A program made the translations under genes and the position numbers. From an uncultured Chloroflexia bacterium (GTDB lineage Bacteria > Chloroflexota > Limnocylindria > Limnocylindrales > CSP1-4), in the NCBI GenBank assembly GCA_963801445.1, contig CAWDEW010000007.1, positions 56,692 through 120,691 on the forward strand: a stretch of 64,000 nt of DNA, in the 5' to 3' direction. This document shows, piece by piece, positions 18,300 through 28,494 of the stretch. The stretch's first letter is position 1. Each line of letters starts with the position of its first letter. Under the pieces are notes generated by a model. That model was given only the letters and a program-made list of their open reading frames with translations. It was not told the origin of the DNA and ran no database searches.

Positions 18300-19214
18300 A
18301 TGACCGCAGTCATCCAGACCGAGAAGCTCACGAAGTGGTACGGAAGGCACCGTGGCGTGCTCGACGTCGACCTGGAGATCCAGGCCGGCGAGGTGTTCGG
18401 GTTCCTGGGGCCCAACGGGGCCGGCAAGACCACGACCATCCGCCTGCTCCTGGACCATATCCGCCCGACCAGCGGCCGGGCGACGGTGTTCGGCGTCGAG
18501 ACGACCGTCGACCCGGTCGCGATCCATCGCCGCGTGGGCTACCTGCCCGGCGAGTTCACCTTGTACGACCGCCTGACCGGCGGGCAGACGGTGGAGTACT
18601 TCGGGAACCTGCGCGGAGGGGTTGATCGCGCCTACCAGGCTTCGCTCATCGAGCGCCTCGACCTCGATCCGTCGCGCCGCTTCAAGGAGTACTCGAAGGG
18701 CAACAAGCAGAAGGTCGGCCTGGTCATCGCCCTCCAGCACCGACCGGAGCTCCTCGTCCTCGACGAGCCCACCGCAGGCCTCGACCCGCTCGTCCAGCAG
18801 ACCTTCTTCGCGATCCTCCGCGAGGCCGTCGCCGAGGGTCGGACCGCCTTCCTCTCGAGCCATATCCTCGGCGAGATCGAGAAGTCCTGCGACCGGGTGG
18901 CGATCATCCGCGACGGCCGCCTCGTCAAGGTCGACAGCGTCGAGGCGCTCCGCGACCTCGCCCACCACCAGGTGGAGCTGCGCTTCGCCGGGGCCGTCCC
19001 CGCGGCCGATTTCGAGGCGCTCCCCGGGGTCAGCGACGTGGTCGTCGACGACCACGTTCTCCGGCTGCGCGTGGCGGGAGCGATCACGCCGGTGGTCCAG
19101 GCCGCCGCCCGCTACGAGCTTCTCGACTTCGTCTCGCGCGAGCCCTCCCTCGAGGAGACCTTCCTGGCCCAGTACGGCCGCGAGGACGTCGAGGTGGGCA
19201 GCCATGGCCGTTAG
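18300..19214 (+). CDS. ABC exporter ATP-binding protein
   Basis: Walker A GPNGAGKTT, signature YSKGNKQK, Walker B LVLDEPT, SSH. Confidence 0.92.
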   Translation: MTAVIQTEKLTKWYGRHRGVLDVDLEIQAGEVFGFLGPNGAGKTTTIRLLLDHIRPTSGRATVFGVETTVDPVAIHRRVGYLPGEFTLYDRLTGGQTVEYFGNLRGGVDRAYQASLIERLDLDPSRRFKEYSKGNKQKVGLVIALQHRPELLVLDEPTAGLDPLVQQTFFAILREAVAEGRTAFLSSHILGEIEKSCDRVAIIRDGRLVKVDSVEALRDLAHHQVELRFAGAVPAADFEALPGVSDVVVDDHVLRLRVAGAITPVVQAAARYELLDFVSREPSLEETFLAQYGREDVEVGSHGR

Positions 19215-20901
19215 CGCCGGGACGCCGCGCCAGCCGGCGGCGGTCACCTTCCCCCCGATCCCGCTCCGTCGCCGCCTCTTCGGCTTCGGCAGCATCTACG
19301 GCAAGACCATCCGCGACTCCCGGCTCGCCTTCATCATCGCCGCGGGCTTCCTCGGCGGGCTCGCGCTCGTCATGGGCGCCGCCGTCTCCGCCGTCTTCAC
19401 GACGGCCCAGTCCCGCATCGAGATCGACAAGCTCCTCGGGAGCATGCCCGCCTCGATGGTCAACCTGTTCGGCAACGCCACCCTGATGGGGGACAGGCTC
19501 GGCACGATGGGCGGCTACATGACCTGGAAGTACGGCGCGCTCTTCGCGCTCGGCACCGCCCTGTGGTCGATCCTCGCGCTGTCGGGGACCCTCTCGGGCG
19601 AGGCCGCCCGCGGGAGCCTCGACTTCGTTGCGGCGACGCCTTTCGGCAAGCGCCGGATCGCCCTCGAGAAGCTTGCCGCCCACCTGACGATGCTCTGGCT
19701 CGCCATGGCGATCCTCGCGGTCCTCACGACAATCAGCTCGAACGTCTTCGGCGATGCGTCGCTCGGCGACCAGATCCCGCTCGGCTCCTCGATCGGCTTC
19801 GCCCTTTGGGTCGGCTTCATCGCGCTCTTCTTCGGCGGCCTCACGTTCGCCCTCGCCCCGCTCCTCGGCCGCTCCGGCTCGGCCGGCGTCTCCGGTATCG
19901 TCATGGCTGTTCTGTGGGTCGCGAGCGGCCTGGGCATCGGTGGCCCGATCGTGGTCCTGAGCCCGTTCCACTGGACCGTCAACCACATCCCGCTCGTCGG
20001 CTACTACGACTGGCCGGGTCTCGCGCTCGTCGGTCTCGTCGCGGTCATCCTCCTCGCGCTCGGCGTGGAGCTGTTCTCGCGGCGCGACCTCGGCGTCACT
20101 GCGGGCCTGTCCCTGCCGCGCCTGCCGGCGGCGGTCCTGGGCGTCCACGGGCCGACGGCCCGGGCGTTCGGTGACCAGCTCCCGCGGGCGACGTCGTGGG
20201 GGATCGGCCTCTTCCTCTTCGGTGCGCTTCTTGCCTCCCTCGTCAGGGCGATGGCAGACACGATCGGGGCCAGCCCCGACCTCCTGAAGACCTTCACCAT
20301 GATCTTCCCCGACTTCGACCTCGCGTCCGCCGGGGGCTTCCTCCAGCTGTATGTCGCGCTCTTCTACATCGCCACGGGCTTCGCCGGGGCGACGTTCGTC
20401 TCGAAGTGGGCCTCCGACGAGACGGACGGTCGTCTCGAGATGGTCCTCGCGACGCCGATGGCGCGAGCCCGCTGGGTGATCGCCGGTGGGATCGGCGCGA
20501 TCCTGGCGGTCGTCGTGATGACGGTCCTGTTCGCGCTCGGGATCGGGCTGGGCGCGGCAGCCGGGGGCGTGTCCGCGGGCGAGGCGATGCTCGGGACCGC
20601 GGCGCTCGGCCTCTACGCCGTCGCTGTCGTCGGAGTCGGCGTGGCGATCGGCGGGCTGTGGCGGACATCCCTCGCGGCCGAGATCACCGCCCTCCTCGTC
20701 GTCGCGACCTACCTCATCGACCTGCTTGCCCCGGCCTTCAAGGTGCCCGATTGGGTCCACCAGCTGGCGCTGACGGCGCACCTGGGCCAGCCGATGGTCG
20801 GGTCGTGGGACCTGGCCGGTGTCGCCCTCTGCCTGGGCCTCGCGGTCGGCGGCATCCTGCTCGGCGCATGGGGCATGGCCCGGCGCGACCTGGCGGACTA
20901 G
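19204..20901 (+). CDS. ABC-2 type permease (internally duplicated)
   Basis: About 12 TM helices; two GE..G.L...A.P motifs and two RRDL ends. Confidence 0.85.
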   Translation: MAVSAGTPRQPAAVTFPPIPLRRRLFGFGSIYGKTIRDSRLAFIIAAGFLGGLALVMGAAVSAVFTTAQSRIEIDKLLGSMPASMVNLFGNATLMGDRLGTMGGYMTWKYGALFALGTALWSILALSGTLSGEAARGSLDFVAATPFGKRRIALEKLAAHLTMLWLAMAILAVLTTISSNVFGDASLGDQIPLGSSIGFALWVGFIALFFGGLTFALAPLLGRSGSAGVSGIVMAVLWVASGLGIGGPIVVLSPFHWTVNHIPLVGYYDWPGLALVGLVAVILLALGVELFSRRDLGVTAGLSLPRLPAAVLGVHGPTARAFGDQLPRATSWGIGLFLFGALLASLVRAMADTIGASPDLLKTFTMIFPDFDLASAGGFLQLYVALFYIATGFAGATFVSKWASDETDGRLEMVLATPMARARWVIAGGIGAILAVVVMTVLFALGIGLGAAAGGVSAGEAMLGTAALGLYAVAVVGVGVAIGGLWRTSLAAEITALLVVATYLIDLLAPAFKVPDWVHQLALTAHLGQPMVGSWDLAGVALCLGLAVGGILLGAWGMARRDLAD

Positions 20902-22034
20902 GCGCCGAGTCCCGCCCTGGGCCGGGCCCGGACCTCGCGGTTCAGGTGACGGCCGGACTCGGCGAAGGCGGTCATCCCGGCGGCCGTCAGCCCGGCCAGC
21001 CCCAGCGAGGCCGCGCTCCGCGCGCCTTCGAGCACTCGGTCGCCGAGCAGGAGCGTGGCCAGGTCCAGGAAGAGGGACGTCGTGGGCGTGGGCACGCCAA
21101 GCTCGCGCCCGATCGACGCGATCGGGGCCAGGCCGAACGGGATGTCCTCGGTGAGGTAGCGCGCCTCGAGCGACGCCGGGGCGCGAATGCCGCGGTGCAC
21201 CGCGCTCGCCTGGTTGATCTCGTGGGCCGTCGCGCCGACGAGGCCGTACAGCCGCCGGTCCCACTCGTTCATGGAGACTGGCTCGAGGCCAAGCGCCTCC
21301 AGGATGGCGAGCCGCTCCCCGTCGACGGCCTCCATGGCCATCGAGACCGACGGCGTGACCCCGTCGAAGTAGAACGCGAAGGCGCCCCCGGTCGCCTCGA
21401 TCCAGCCCACGTTGAGGAGCATGGGCACCGGGTGGGCCATGGCGTTGAGGTTGTTGAGGCTCGTCTCGAGGACGCTGGCCGCAGCGCGGACTCCCCGGGG
21501 GAAGACCGTCCCAAGCGCCTCGACGAGCGTCGCGGTCAGGCGGCCGGGGAACGCCGCGAGCGGCAGGAGCGTCTTGACGCCGCTCACGTCGACGTGCACG
21601 GGGCTCACCTTGCGGCAGGCGTACGGAAGCGACAGGGTCTCGGCCACCGGTTGGTCCGGGGACCCCCGGGCCGCCGAGGCCACGTGCGCCCATTCCAGCG
21701 CGCCGCCCGTCGCTCCTGGCGTCAGGACGACGACCTGATCGTCCGACAGGAGCGGTGCAACCAGGCGCGCGAACGCCGCGTGGCCGAACGCCGGCACAGC
21801 GACGAGCACGACCGACGCCCCGGCGAGCGCCCGGTGGAGGTCCGGCGTTGCGTGGACCGCGACGTCGTGCTCGCCCAGCACGCCGCTGAGATGAAGGCCG
21901 CCGCGCTCCGCGATCGGCGTGAGCGTCCCGCCGAACCCGGGGAGATCGGAGATCGCGACCTCGAAGCCGCGAGACGCCAGGTCGGCCGCGGTCGCGCATC
22001 CGCCGTTCCCGGCCCCCAGGACCGTCACCTTCAC
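20898..22034 (-). CDS. NAD/NADP-dependent opine (octopine/nopaline) dehydrogenase family
   Basis: VLGAGNGG Rossmann motif, ETLSLPYACR, LNNLNAMAHP, RYLTEDIPFGL. Confidence 0.88.
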   Translation of the reverse strand: MKVTVLGAGNGGCATAADLASRGFEVAISDLPGFGGTLTPIAERGGLHLSGVLGEHDVAVHATPDLHRALAGASVVLVAVPAFGHAAFARLVAPLLSDDQVVVLTPGATGGALEWAHVASAARGSPDQPVAETLSLPYACRKVSPVHVDVSGVKTLLPLAAFPGRLTATLVEALGTVFPRGVRAAASVLETSLNNLNAMAHPVPMLLNVGWIEATGGAFAFYFDGVTPSVSMAMEAVDGERLAILEALGLEPVSMNEWDRRLYGLVGATAHEINQASAVHRGIRAPASLEARYLTEDIPFGLAPIASIGRELGVPTPTTSLFLDLATLLLGDRVLEGARSAASLGLAGLTAAGMTAFAESGRHLNREVRARPRAGLGA

Positions 22035-22125
22035 GGCTACCCGTCGTCCTTCCTTCGAAGCGCTGCCAATTGAGGGATGCTGGGAGGCGCGGTCGGCCCC
22101 GTCAAGCTGCCGAGCCTCCGACCTC

Positions 22126-23199
22126 TCAGGAGCGCGACGCCTCCTCCTGCGACGCCTCGGACCGGGGTCCGGGCGCCTGGAGGTCCGTCCCGAGGCCGTG
22201 ACCGACCAGGCGATCCCGCTGGTCCAGCGTGAAGAGGAGCGCCAGGGACGGCGTGATGGCCAGGGCCGCGACCACGAACACGATCAGCAGCGCGTCGAGC
22301 GCCGCGGGCGGCGACGCCGCCAGGTCGAAGGTGAGCGTCGGCGGAAGGATGAACGGGTACTGGGCGACGCCCCAGCCGAGCAGGATCGCCAGGACGGCGC
22401 CCACGGCCAGCAGGCGCGTTCCCCTCGGCGCGTCGCGCCAGAGCAGTGCCAGGGCCGCGGTCCCGAGGACGCCGGACGCCGCGATGAGCGGCCAGCCGCG
22501 TGAGGTCAGCTCGCTCGCCAGCGCCGGTGCGTCCACGCCGATGACCCCGACCCCGGCGAACGCGAGCAGCCCGGCCACGGCCGCCGCCGCGATGGCCCGG
22601 CGGCGGAAGGCCACGATCAGCTCCCGATCGCGGCGGCGCTGGGCGTCCGCGACCAGGAAGACCGCGGCCAGGTAGGCGCACACGGCGACGGACATGACCC
22701 CGACCAGGAGCGCGGTGGGGTTGAGCCAGCTCGCCCAGATGTCGCTGCCCGCCCCGGCGGCGGGGACGCGGCCGCCGGCGATGGCGCCGGCGATCGTGCC
22801 CAGGAAGAACGGCGTGAACACCGACGACGCGGCGAACACCACGCCGGCCAGCTGTCGGCCCCGCAGCCCCGTGGCGACCGGGCGGAACGCGAACGCCGCG
22901 CCCCGCAGGACCATCCCGAGCGCGACCAGGCTCACCGGGACGATCAGGGTGGTCATGATCGCGGCGATCGCCGGCGAGAAGGCCGTCCACAGGATGACGA
23001 GGTCGAAGACCAGCCACGTGTGGTTCGCCTCCCAGACGGGCCCGATCGAATCCGCGATCAGCGAGCGCTGCCGCAGCCCGTTCCTGGCGCTGCCGGCCAG
23101 CAGGTCCCAGATGCCCGCCCCGAAGTCCGCTCCCCCGAGCACCGCGTAGGCGGCCACGCCCAGCCACAGGACGACGGCCGTCGCCTGGACCGTGCTCAT
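22126..23199 (-). CDS. cydB: Cytochrome bd oxidase subunit II
   Basis: YAVLGGADFGAG, IGPVWEANHTWL, LRGAAFAFR, GWGVAQYP. Confidence 0.92.
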   Translation of the reverse strand: MSTVQATAVVLWLGVAAYAVLGGADFGAGIWDLLAGSARNGLRQRSLIADSIGPVWEANHTWLVFDLVILWTAFSPAIAAIMTTLIVPVSLVALGMVLRGAAFAFRPVATGLRGRQLAGVVFAASSVFTPFFLGTIAGAIAGGRVPAAGAGSDIWASWLNPTALLVGVMSVAVCAYLAAVFLVADAQRRRDRELIVAFRRRAIAAAAVAGLLAFAGVGVIGVDAPALASELTSRGWPLIAASGVLGTAALALLWRDAPRGTRLLAVGAVLAILLGWGVAQYPFILPPTLTFDLAASPPAALDALLIVFVVAALAITPSLALLFTLDQRDRLVGHGLGTDLQAPGPRSEASQEEASRS

Positions 23200-24599
23200 C
23201 CGCGGTCCTCCCCGTCCGGGCGGGCGGGCGGTCCGTACGGACTGGCGTCCGCGCGGCCGCCGACGAGCCGGCGTCCGCCGGCTGCCGCGTCCTCGGCCGC
23301 CCAGCGGCGGCGCAGCGCCAGCAGGGCGACCAGGGCGGCGATCCCGAGGACGACGTACAGGACGACCGTGGCCCCGAAGATCACCTGGATGCCGGGCGAC
23401 GTCGTCACCGCGTCGGCCGTGCGCATCACCTGGAAGACGATCCAGGGCTGCCGACCGACCTCGGTCACGACCCAGCCGGCCTCCAGGGCCGCGATGGCGG
23501 CGATCCCCGACAGCGCGGAGGCCCGCAGGAACCAGCGCGCGCCGGCGGCGTCCCGCTTCCGGGCTCGGAGGAGGAGGGCCCAGGCGCCGAGGGCGACCAG
23601 CGCAGTCCCCAGTCCGACCATCGCGTCCCAGGCGAGGTGGACGATCGAGGCCGGAGGCTGGTCGGTGGCCGGGAACGCGTCGAGGCCGGTGACGACCGTG
23701 TCGGGGCTGAAGCCGGCGATGATCGAGGTCAGCTCCGGGATCTGGAGTCCCCCCACGATCTTGCCGTCGACGAGGATCCCGCCCAGCGTCATCGGCTGGT
23801 GCGGGCCCGTCTTCGTGATCAGCTCCATCGCCGCGAACTTGACCGGCTGGTCCCCGATGACGCCGCGTGCCGCGATGTCACCCACGACCACCTGGAGCGG
23901 CGCCGAGACCGCCGCGAGGGCAAACGGGATGGCGAACCCCAGCCGCACGTAGCGATCGGGGTTGCGGCGCAGCATCGCCACGGCGTAGACCGACGCGAGC
24001 AGGAACCCGGTGACCATGTAGGCGGCGAGGAGCATGTGGGGCACTTCGTAGAAGGTGGCCCGGTTGAAGAGGACCTCCAGGGGCGTCACGGCCACGACGC
24101 GGCCATCGCCGCCCAGCACGAACCCGGCCGGCTGGTTCATCCACGCATTGGCGCTCACCACCGAGAATGTCCCGCCGATCCCCGCGATCGCGACGGGGAG
24201 GCCGGACAGGAGGTGGGCCCGCGGCGAGAGGCGGCGCCAGCCGTAGATGTAGATCGCGATGAAGATCGCCTCGAGGAAGAAGAAGATGCCCTCGATCGCG
24301 AATGGGAGCCCGAAGGCCGGACCGAACTGGCGCACCAGCCCCGGCCACAGGATCCCCATCTCGAAGGACAGGACCGTTCCGGTCACGGCGCCGACGGCGA
24401 ACGTGACCGCCATGACCGTCGACCAGCGTCGCGCGAGCAGCAGCGCGGCCGGATCCTTGCGCCGGATGCCGACGGCATTGGCGATCAGCACGATCGTGGG
24501 CATCGCGACGCCCAGGCACGCGAGAACGATGTGGAACCCCAGGGTGAACGCCATCTGCGATCGCGCGGCGAGCAGCTCGGCGGAGGCGGACAGGTCCAT
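23196..24599 (-). CDS. cydA: Cytochrome bd oxidase subunit I
   Basis: GFHI heme ligand, ANAWMNQP, PHM, QPVKFAAME (Q-loop), EAGWVVTEVGRQPW. Confidence 0.93.
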   Translation of the reverse strand: MDLSASAELLAARSQMAFTLGFHIVLACLGVAMPTIVLIANAVGIRRKDPAALLLARRWSTVMAVTFAVGAVTGTVLSFEMGILWPGLVRQFGPAFGLPFAIEGIFFFLEAIFIAIYIYGWRRLSPRAHLLSGLPVAIAGIGGTFSVVSANAWMNQPAGFVLGGDGRVVAVTPLEVLFNRATFYEVPHMLLAAYMVTGFLLASVYAVAMLRRNPDRYVRLGFAIPFALAAVSAPLQVVVGDIAARGVIGDQPVKFAAMELITKTGPHQPMTLGGILVDGKIVGGLQIPELTSIIAGFSPDTVVTGLDAFPATDQPPASIVHLAWDAMVGLGTALVALGAWALLLRARKRDAAGARWFLRASALSGIAAIAALEAGWVVTEVGRQPWIVFQVMRTADAVTTSPGIQVIFGATVVLYVVLGIAALVALLALRRRWAAEDAAAGGRRLVGGRADASPYGPPARPDGEDRG

Positions 24600-24673
24600 C
24601 AGGGAACCCCGCGATCGTGCATCCGGGTCATCTTCCTCCCGACGGTCTCCCTAGGCTATCCGAAGCGGGCAGG

Positions 24674-25936
24674 TCACGGCGCCGGGCGCTCATCCCGCGC
24701 CGGCCGCCAGCGCCCGATGCTGGTGAAGATCCCCGGCAGGTACCCACGCCGATATCCGAGCAGGGCGATCGCGACGACGCCGTAGACCGCCGAGAAGACC
24801 AGCCGGACCTCCGTCGTCGGGAACGGGAACTGGAGGACGAACAGCCCGAAGATCGCGCCGGCCTCCCACAGCCCGAACCGCCTGTCGGCGAGGACGGCGA
24901 ACGCGAGGAGCGCCTGCGCGCTCGTGAGCAGGAACTCCTCGGTCTGGCGCTCGTCGAGCGGCAGGGCCGCGCCGCCGCCGCCGCCCAGCGAGTAGGCGAC
25001 CCACAGGCTCCCGACGAGCAGCGTCCACTGGTTCACCTTGGCCGAGAGGAGCATTCCCAGCCCTTCGGACGCGCGCAGCCGCCAGGCGAAGATCGCGGCC
25101 ACGATGAGCTCCGGGGCCTCGGACGAGAGGGGCGCAAGCCACTGCACGAGCAGGAACTGGTCGATCCCAAGGGTCTCGCCCGTGGCGACCAGGCCGTCGG
25201 CGAAGGGCTTGGCAGCGGCGACGACGATCGCGGCCGCGAAGAGGAACAGGCCGCTGACGAGCGCCCGGCGTCGGCGGCGCTCCAGCCCCGCGATCTGCGC
25301 CGCGATGCCAAGCAGCTCAGGCTCCCCGGGCCGCTCGCGCGTGACCCGCCACATGTATGCGCCGAAGAGCAGGAGCAGGATGGCGGCGTCGTACCAGGCG
25401 ATCGAACGGGTCAGGGGGATGAGGAAGGCGTAGGCACTGGCGATCGCCAGGAAGGCGAGCTCGACGCGGTTCCGCGCCGGCAGGACGACGGCCATGGTAC
25501 GCGTCCAGTGGCGCTGCCGGCCATCGTCGACTTCCGAATCGGGACGGTCCGGAGCCCCGCGCCCATGGCGGCGCATGGCCCAGAAGCCGACGAACGCGAC
25601 GAGTGGCCAACCGATCCCGATGAGCAGGCGGTTCGAGCCGGTCATGTTCGCCGCCGCGTACTGCGTGTAGGTCGGGTCGCTGCCCGCCGTGTACGAAAAG
25701 TAGAGATCGACCGCGTATTCCGGCAGGACGGCGATCAGGGCCAGGATGGCGATCGCGAGGCTGCCCGAGATGTCGACCTGGGCGGCCTCGGCGGCCCACG
25801 ACAGCAGGACCGCGGAGGCCACGACACCGGCGCCGTAGACGAGGACCGTCGGCCCCGGGGGGATCTCGATCCCGGCGAGGCGCAGGAGGAGCGCGGGCAG
25901 CGCAAAGCTCGCGGTGAGTCCCAGCCTGCGCCACAT
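24674..25936 (-). CDS. CaCA superfamily cation antiporter (Na/Ca exchanger-like), candidate Mn2+ exporter
   Basis: alpha1 LIAVLPEYAV..ANMTGSN and alpha2 APLSSEAPE..SAKVNQ repeats; about 11 TM helices. Confidence 0.85.
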   Translation of the reverse strand: MWRRLGLTASFALPALLLRLAGIEIPPGPTVLVYGAGVVASAVLLSWAAEAAQVDISGSLAIAILALIAVLPEYAVDLYFSYTAGSDPTYTQYAAANMTGSNRLLIGIGWPLVAFVGFWAMRRHGRGAPDRPDSEVDDGRQRHWTRTMAVVLPARNRVELAFLAIASAYAFLIPLTRSIAWYDAAILLLLFGAYMWRVTRERPGEPELLGIAAQIAGLERRRRRALVSGLFLFAAAIVVAAAKPFADGLVATGETLGIDQFLLVQWLAPLSSEAPELIVAAIFAWRLRASEGLGMLLSAKVNQWTLLVGSLWVAYSLGGGGGAALPLDERQTEEFLLTSAQALLAFAVLADRRFGLWEAGAIFGLFVLQFPFPTTEVRLVFSAVYGVVAIALLGYRRGYLPGIFTSIGRWRPARDERPAP

Positions 25937-26002
25937 CCCTCGACACCTCCGGGTCTGTCGAGGCGTCGCCCGGGGCTGGCGCAACCTCGACCAAGTCGTC
26001 CC

Positions 26003-26106
26003 TGGTCGAAGGTCTCGTCCGTCTCGGGTCGAGGTGGGGGACCGGGCCGAAGCCGGGTATGTCGATCTCCCCTGGCCGCGGGTGGCGGCCGGACTACTCC
26101 CCTTCA
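26003..26106 (-). ncRNA. yybP-ykoY manganese-sensing riboswitch
   Basis: Minus strand reads GAAGGGGAGTAG...ATCGACATA...GACGAGACCTTC (P1 GAAGG/CCTTC); TAGAAT -10 at 26118-26113 just upstream. Confidence 0.85.
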
Positions 26107-26373
26107 CCCGCGATTCTACGCCCGATCCACGGCCGGCGCGGGGCGGGGGCCGACCTCCCGGGGCCGGCCCGCGTCCGTGGTGGGCCGCGCCGTGCGCGTC
26201 CCGGCTGCCGGGCCGGCGGGCTCTTGGAATGCCGAAGCCGGCGAGTATGCTCGCGCCGTGAGGGATTCGGCGGCATCGGGCGGGAGGCGGGGCACGGGCA
26301 GAAGCGGCCACCCGGCGAGATCCCCGGGTTGAGCGCCCAGCTCGGTACGCCCGGGCTCGGGGGCGCTCGTTCG

Positions 26374-27642
26374 ATGCGCCGCCTGGCCACGATCTTCCTG
26401 GTCCTGGGCAGCCTGTTCTTCGGGCTCGGCGTGCTCGATCGAGTGGCGGCGATCGCCGGTGGCTTCAGCTCGATCCTGCTGGTCGTGTTCCTGGCCTGGC
26501 TCCTCGCCTTCCTGGTCGCCCAGGCGGCCGACGCCATCCGCCTCCGATCGGGCATCGGGCGGGGCAAGGCCATCGCGATCGTCTACGCGGGAGTCGTGGC
26601 GCTCGTCGGGCTCTTCGTCGCTGCGACCGTGCAGATCGGCGCCCGTGACGCGGCCGACATCCTCTCCCGGAGCGGCGAGGTGACCACCCGGATCCACGGG
26701 CTCCTGCTGGGGGTCCAGGCGACGCTGGGGATCAGCCGCGACGTGATCGACCTGGCGGCGACGTTCGACCAGGCGCTGCACGACCTGATCGCGGCGATCG
26801 GCGCCTCGCTGAACGACGAGGTCCAGGCAATCGCCGGCATGACGGTCAGCGTCCTGGGCAACCTGTTCCTGGTCGTGATCATCTCCCTGTACGCGGTGGT
26901 CGACTTCGAAGGCATCCAGCGGGCGCTGAGTCGCGCGGTCCCGAACCGCTATGCCGATGAGCTCACCCTGGTCGAGCGCTCCGTGGGGCGCGCGTTCGGC
27001 GGCTTCCTGCGCACCCAGGTGATCCTGGTGCTGATCCAGGTGGGCCTGACGATCGCCGTGGGGCTGGCATTCGGACTCCCGTACATGTTCGTGATGAACG
27101 TTGCCGTCGGCCTGGCGATGTTCATCCCGTTCTTTGGGCCGCCCCTGGCCCTGCTGCCGCCGCTGCTCGTCGCCGTCGCCTTCCGGCCGGAGGTGGTCAT
27201 CCCGGTCATCGCAGTCCTGCTGGTCGTCCAGACCGTGCTCGTGAACGTCGTCCAGCCCCGCTTGATGAAGGAGAGCTCGGGCCTCCATCCGATCCTCGTC
27301 CTGCTCGCCCTCCTCGTCGGCGCCCAGGTCGCCGGCCTGTGGGGCGCCCTGTTCGGCATCCCGTTCGTGGCCGTTGCGAACCTGCTGGTCCGCTACCTCG
27401 TCAACCGGCGGGCCGTGGACGAGGTCGAGGGGATCGACCTCGAGGACGCCGTGGCCGAGGTCCGGGCGGCCGACCCCGACATCTCGCTCGACGAGGCCGT
27501 CGCGATCGCCGCGGACCAGGCCGAGGCGATCGTCGCGGAGCGCGAGGAGCCACTCGCGGCGGACCAGGCCGAGGCGACCGTTGCCGAGCGCGAGGAGCCG
27601 ATCCTGCCGCTGTCGGACGAAGCGAGCCGCACGGAGACCTGA
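26374..27642 (+). CDS. AI-2E family transporter
   Basis: AFGGFLRTQ, FIPFFGP, NVVQPRLM..SGLHP, GLWGALFGIP; start may be TTG at 26329. Confidence 0.88.
   Translation: MRRLATIFLVLGSLFFGLGVLDRVAAIAGGFSSILLVVFLAWLLAFLVAQAADAIRLRSGIGRGKAIAIVYAGVVALVGLFVAATVQIGARDAADILSRSGEVTTRIHGLLLGVQATLGISRDVIDLAATFDQALHDLIAAIGASLNDEVQAIAGMTVSVLGNLFLVVIISLYAVVDFEGIQRALSRAVPNRYADELTLVERSVGRAFGGFLRTQVILVLIQVGLTIAVGLAFGLPYMFVMNVAVGLAMFIPFFGPPLALLPPLLVAVAFRPEVVIPVIAVLLVVQTVLVNVVQPRLMKESSGLHPILVLLALLVGAQVAGLWGALFGIPFVAVANLLVRYLVNRRAVDEVEGIDLEDAVAEVRAADPDISLDEAVAIAADQAEAIVAEREEPLAADQAEATVAEREEPILPLSDEASRTET
27508..27600 (+). repeat. 48-nt tandem duplication in the AI-2E C-terminal tail
   Basis: AADQAEAIVAEREEPL / AADQAEATVAEREEP. 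Confidence 0.8.
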
Positions 27643-28280
27643 GGCCGGCCGGGGCACCGGGCTCGGCGCACCTGGCGGGCCCCGCGCGAGGAGGGCGCCG
27701 GCCCGGAACGCGGTCCGCGCGGCGTCAACGCGCACGGCGCCGGGGTGGGCCGATGCATCCACGGACGCGACCTGGGGTGCCGTGTGCAGGGGCATGGGCA
27801 AGGTCGGCGGCGAGGCGGCCGGGCACAGGGCCGCTCGTGCACGGAGACGCCCGCGTCGCTGTGCGCTGCTGCGGCGGGGCGTGCCGCGCGCGCTGCGGCG
27901 TCCGCCCGTCGCGCGGCGTCGCTTCCGGTCAGGTATGCCCAGGGGACATGGTCGGCAGGTAGGACGCCGCCCGGAGGGTCCCGGTATGCGGCCCAGGCAT
28001 GGGCAGCCCCGTCCGTGGTCCGGCGGCACGCCAGTCATGCCCTGGGGGTCTGCGCGGCAGGGCCGGCCCTCACCGGGAGAACCTGGCGGCATATCCTGGC
28101 CTGCCCGAGCGTCGCGCGGCTCGATCGCACGCTCACCGGGTGTCCGCTCAGCCTGGCCGGACCCGGTGGGACTGCCGACGATGCGTACCGGGTCTATCGG
28201 GCAGGAACAGCAGTCCGCGGAGGCTTCCCGCCGGTCCGCCGAGCCCCGGCGCAGCACCGCTCCCCGGTACCCGCCACCCA

Positions 28281-28388
28281 GCCGCCGCCGGCCGCGCCTC
28301 GCCGCCGCCGGCCGCGCCTTGCCGCCGGCCCCGCCTCGCCACGGTGCCGCTCCCGCCGCCGGCCGCGCCTCGCCGCGGTGCCGCTCCC
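28281..28388. repeat. Intergenic GC-rich tandem repeats (2 x 20 nt, then 2 x 34 nt)
   Basis: GCCGCCGCCGGCCGCGCCTY twice, then GCCGCCGGCCSCGCCTCGCCRCGGTGCCGCTCCC twice. Confidence 0.7.
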
Positions 28389-28479
28389 GCCGCGGTGCAG
28401 CGTGCGCGGGACCCGGGTCCGCGGCCGACCCGCTTCGCACTGGGCGAGTCGGCGGCACATCATCGGTTGCAGAGGCCTA

Positions 28480-28494
28480 CTGTGAACGTCACAG
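28480..28494. promoter_or_regulatory. Palindromic operator-like site CTGTGA-ACG-TCACAG upstream of the mmsA-like gene
   Basis: 6-bp inverted repeat in a less GC-rich stretch 55 nt before the start codon. Confidence 0.45.

Noticed and set aside
28281-28388. Possible CRISPR array
   Set aside because: Repeats are directly tandem without unique spacers, and there are no cas genes
28481-28493. Canonical CRP/FNR site
   Set aside because: Half-sites are spaced by 3 nt (8 nt at 57565), not the 6 nt required
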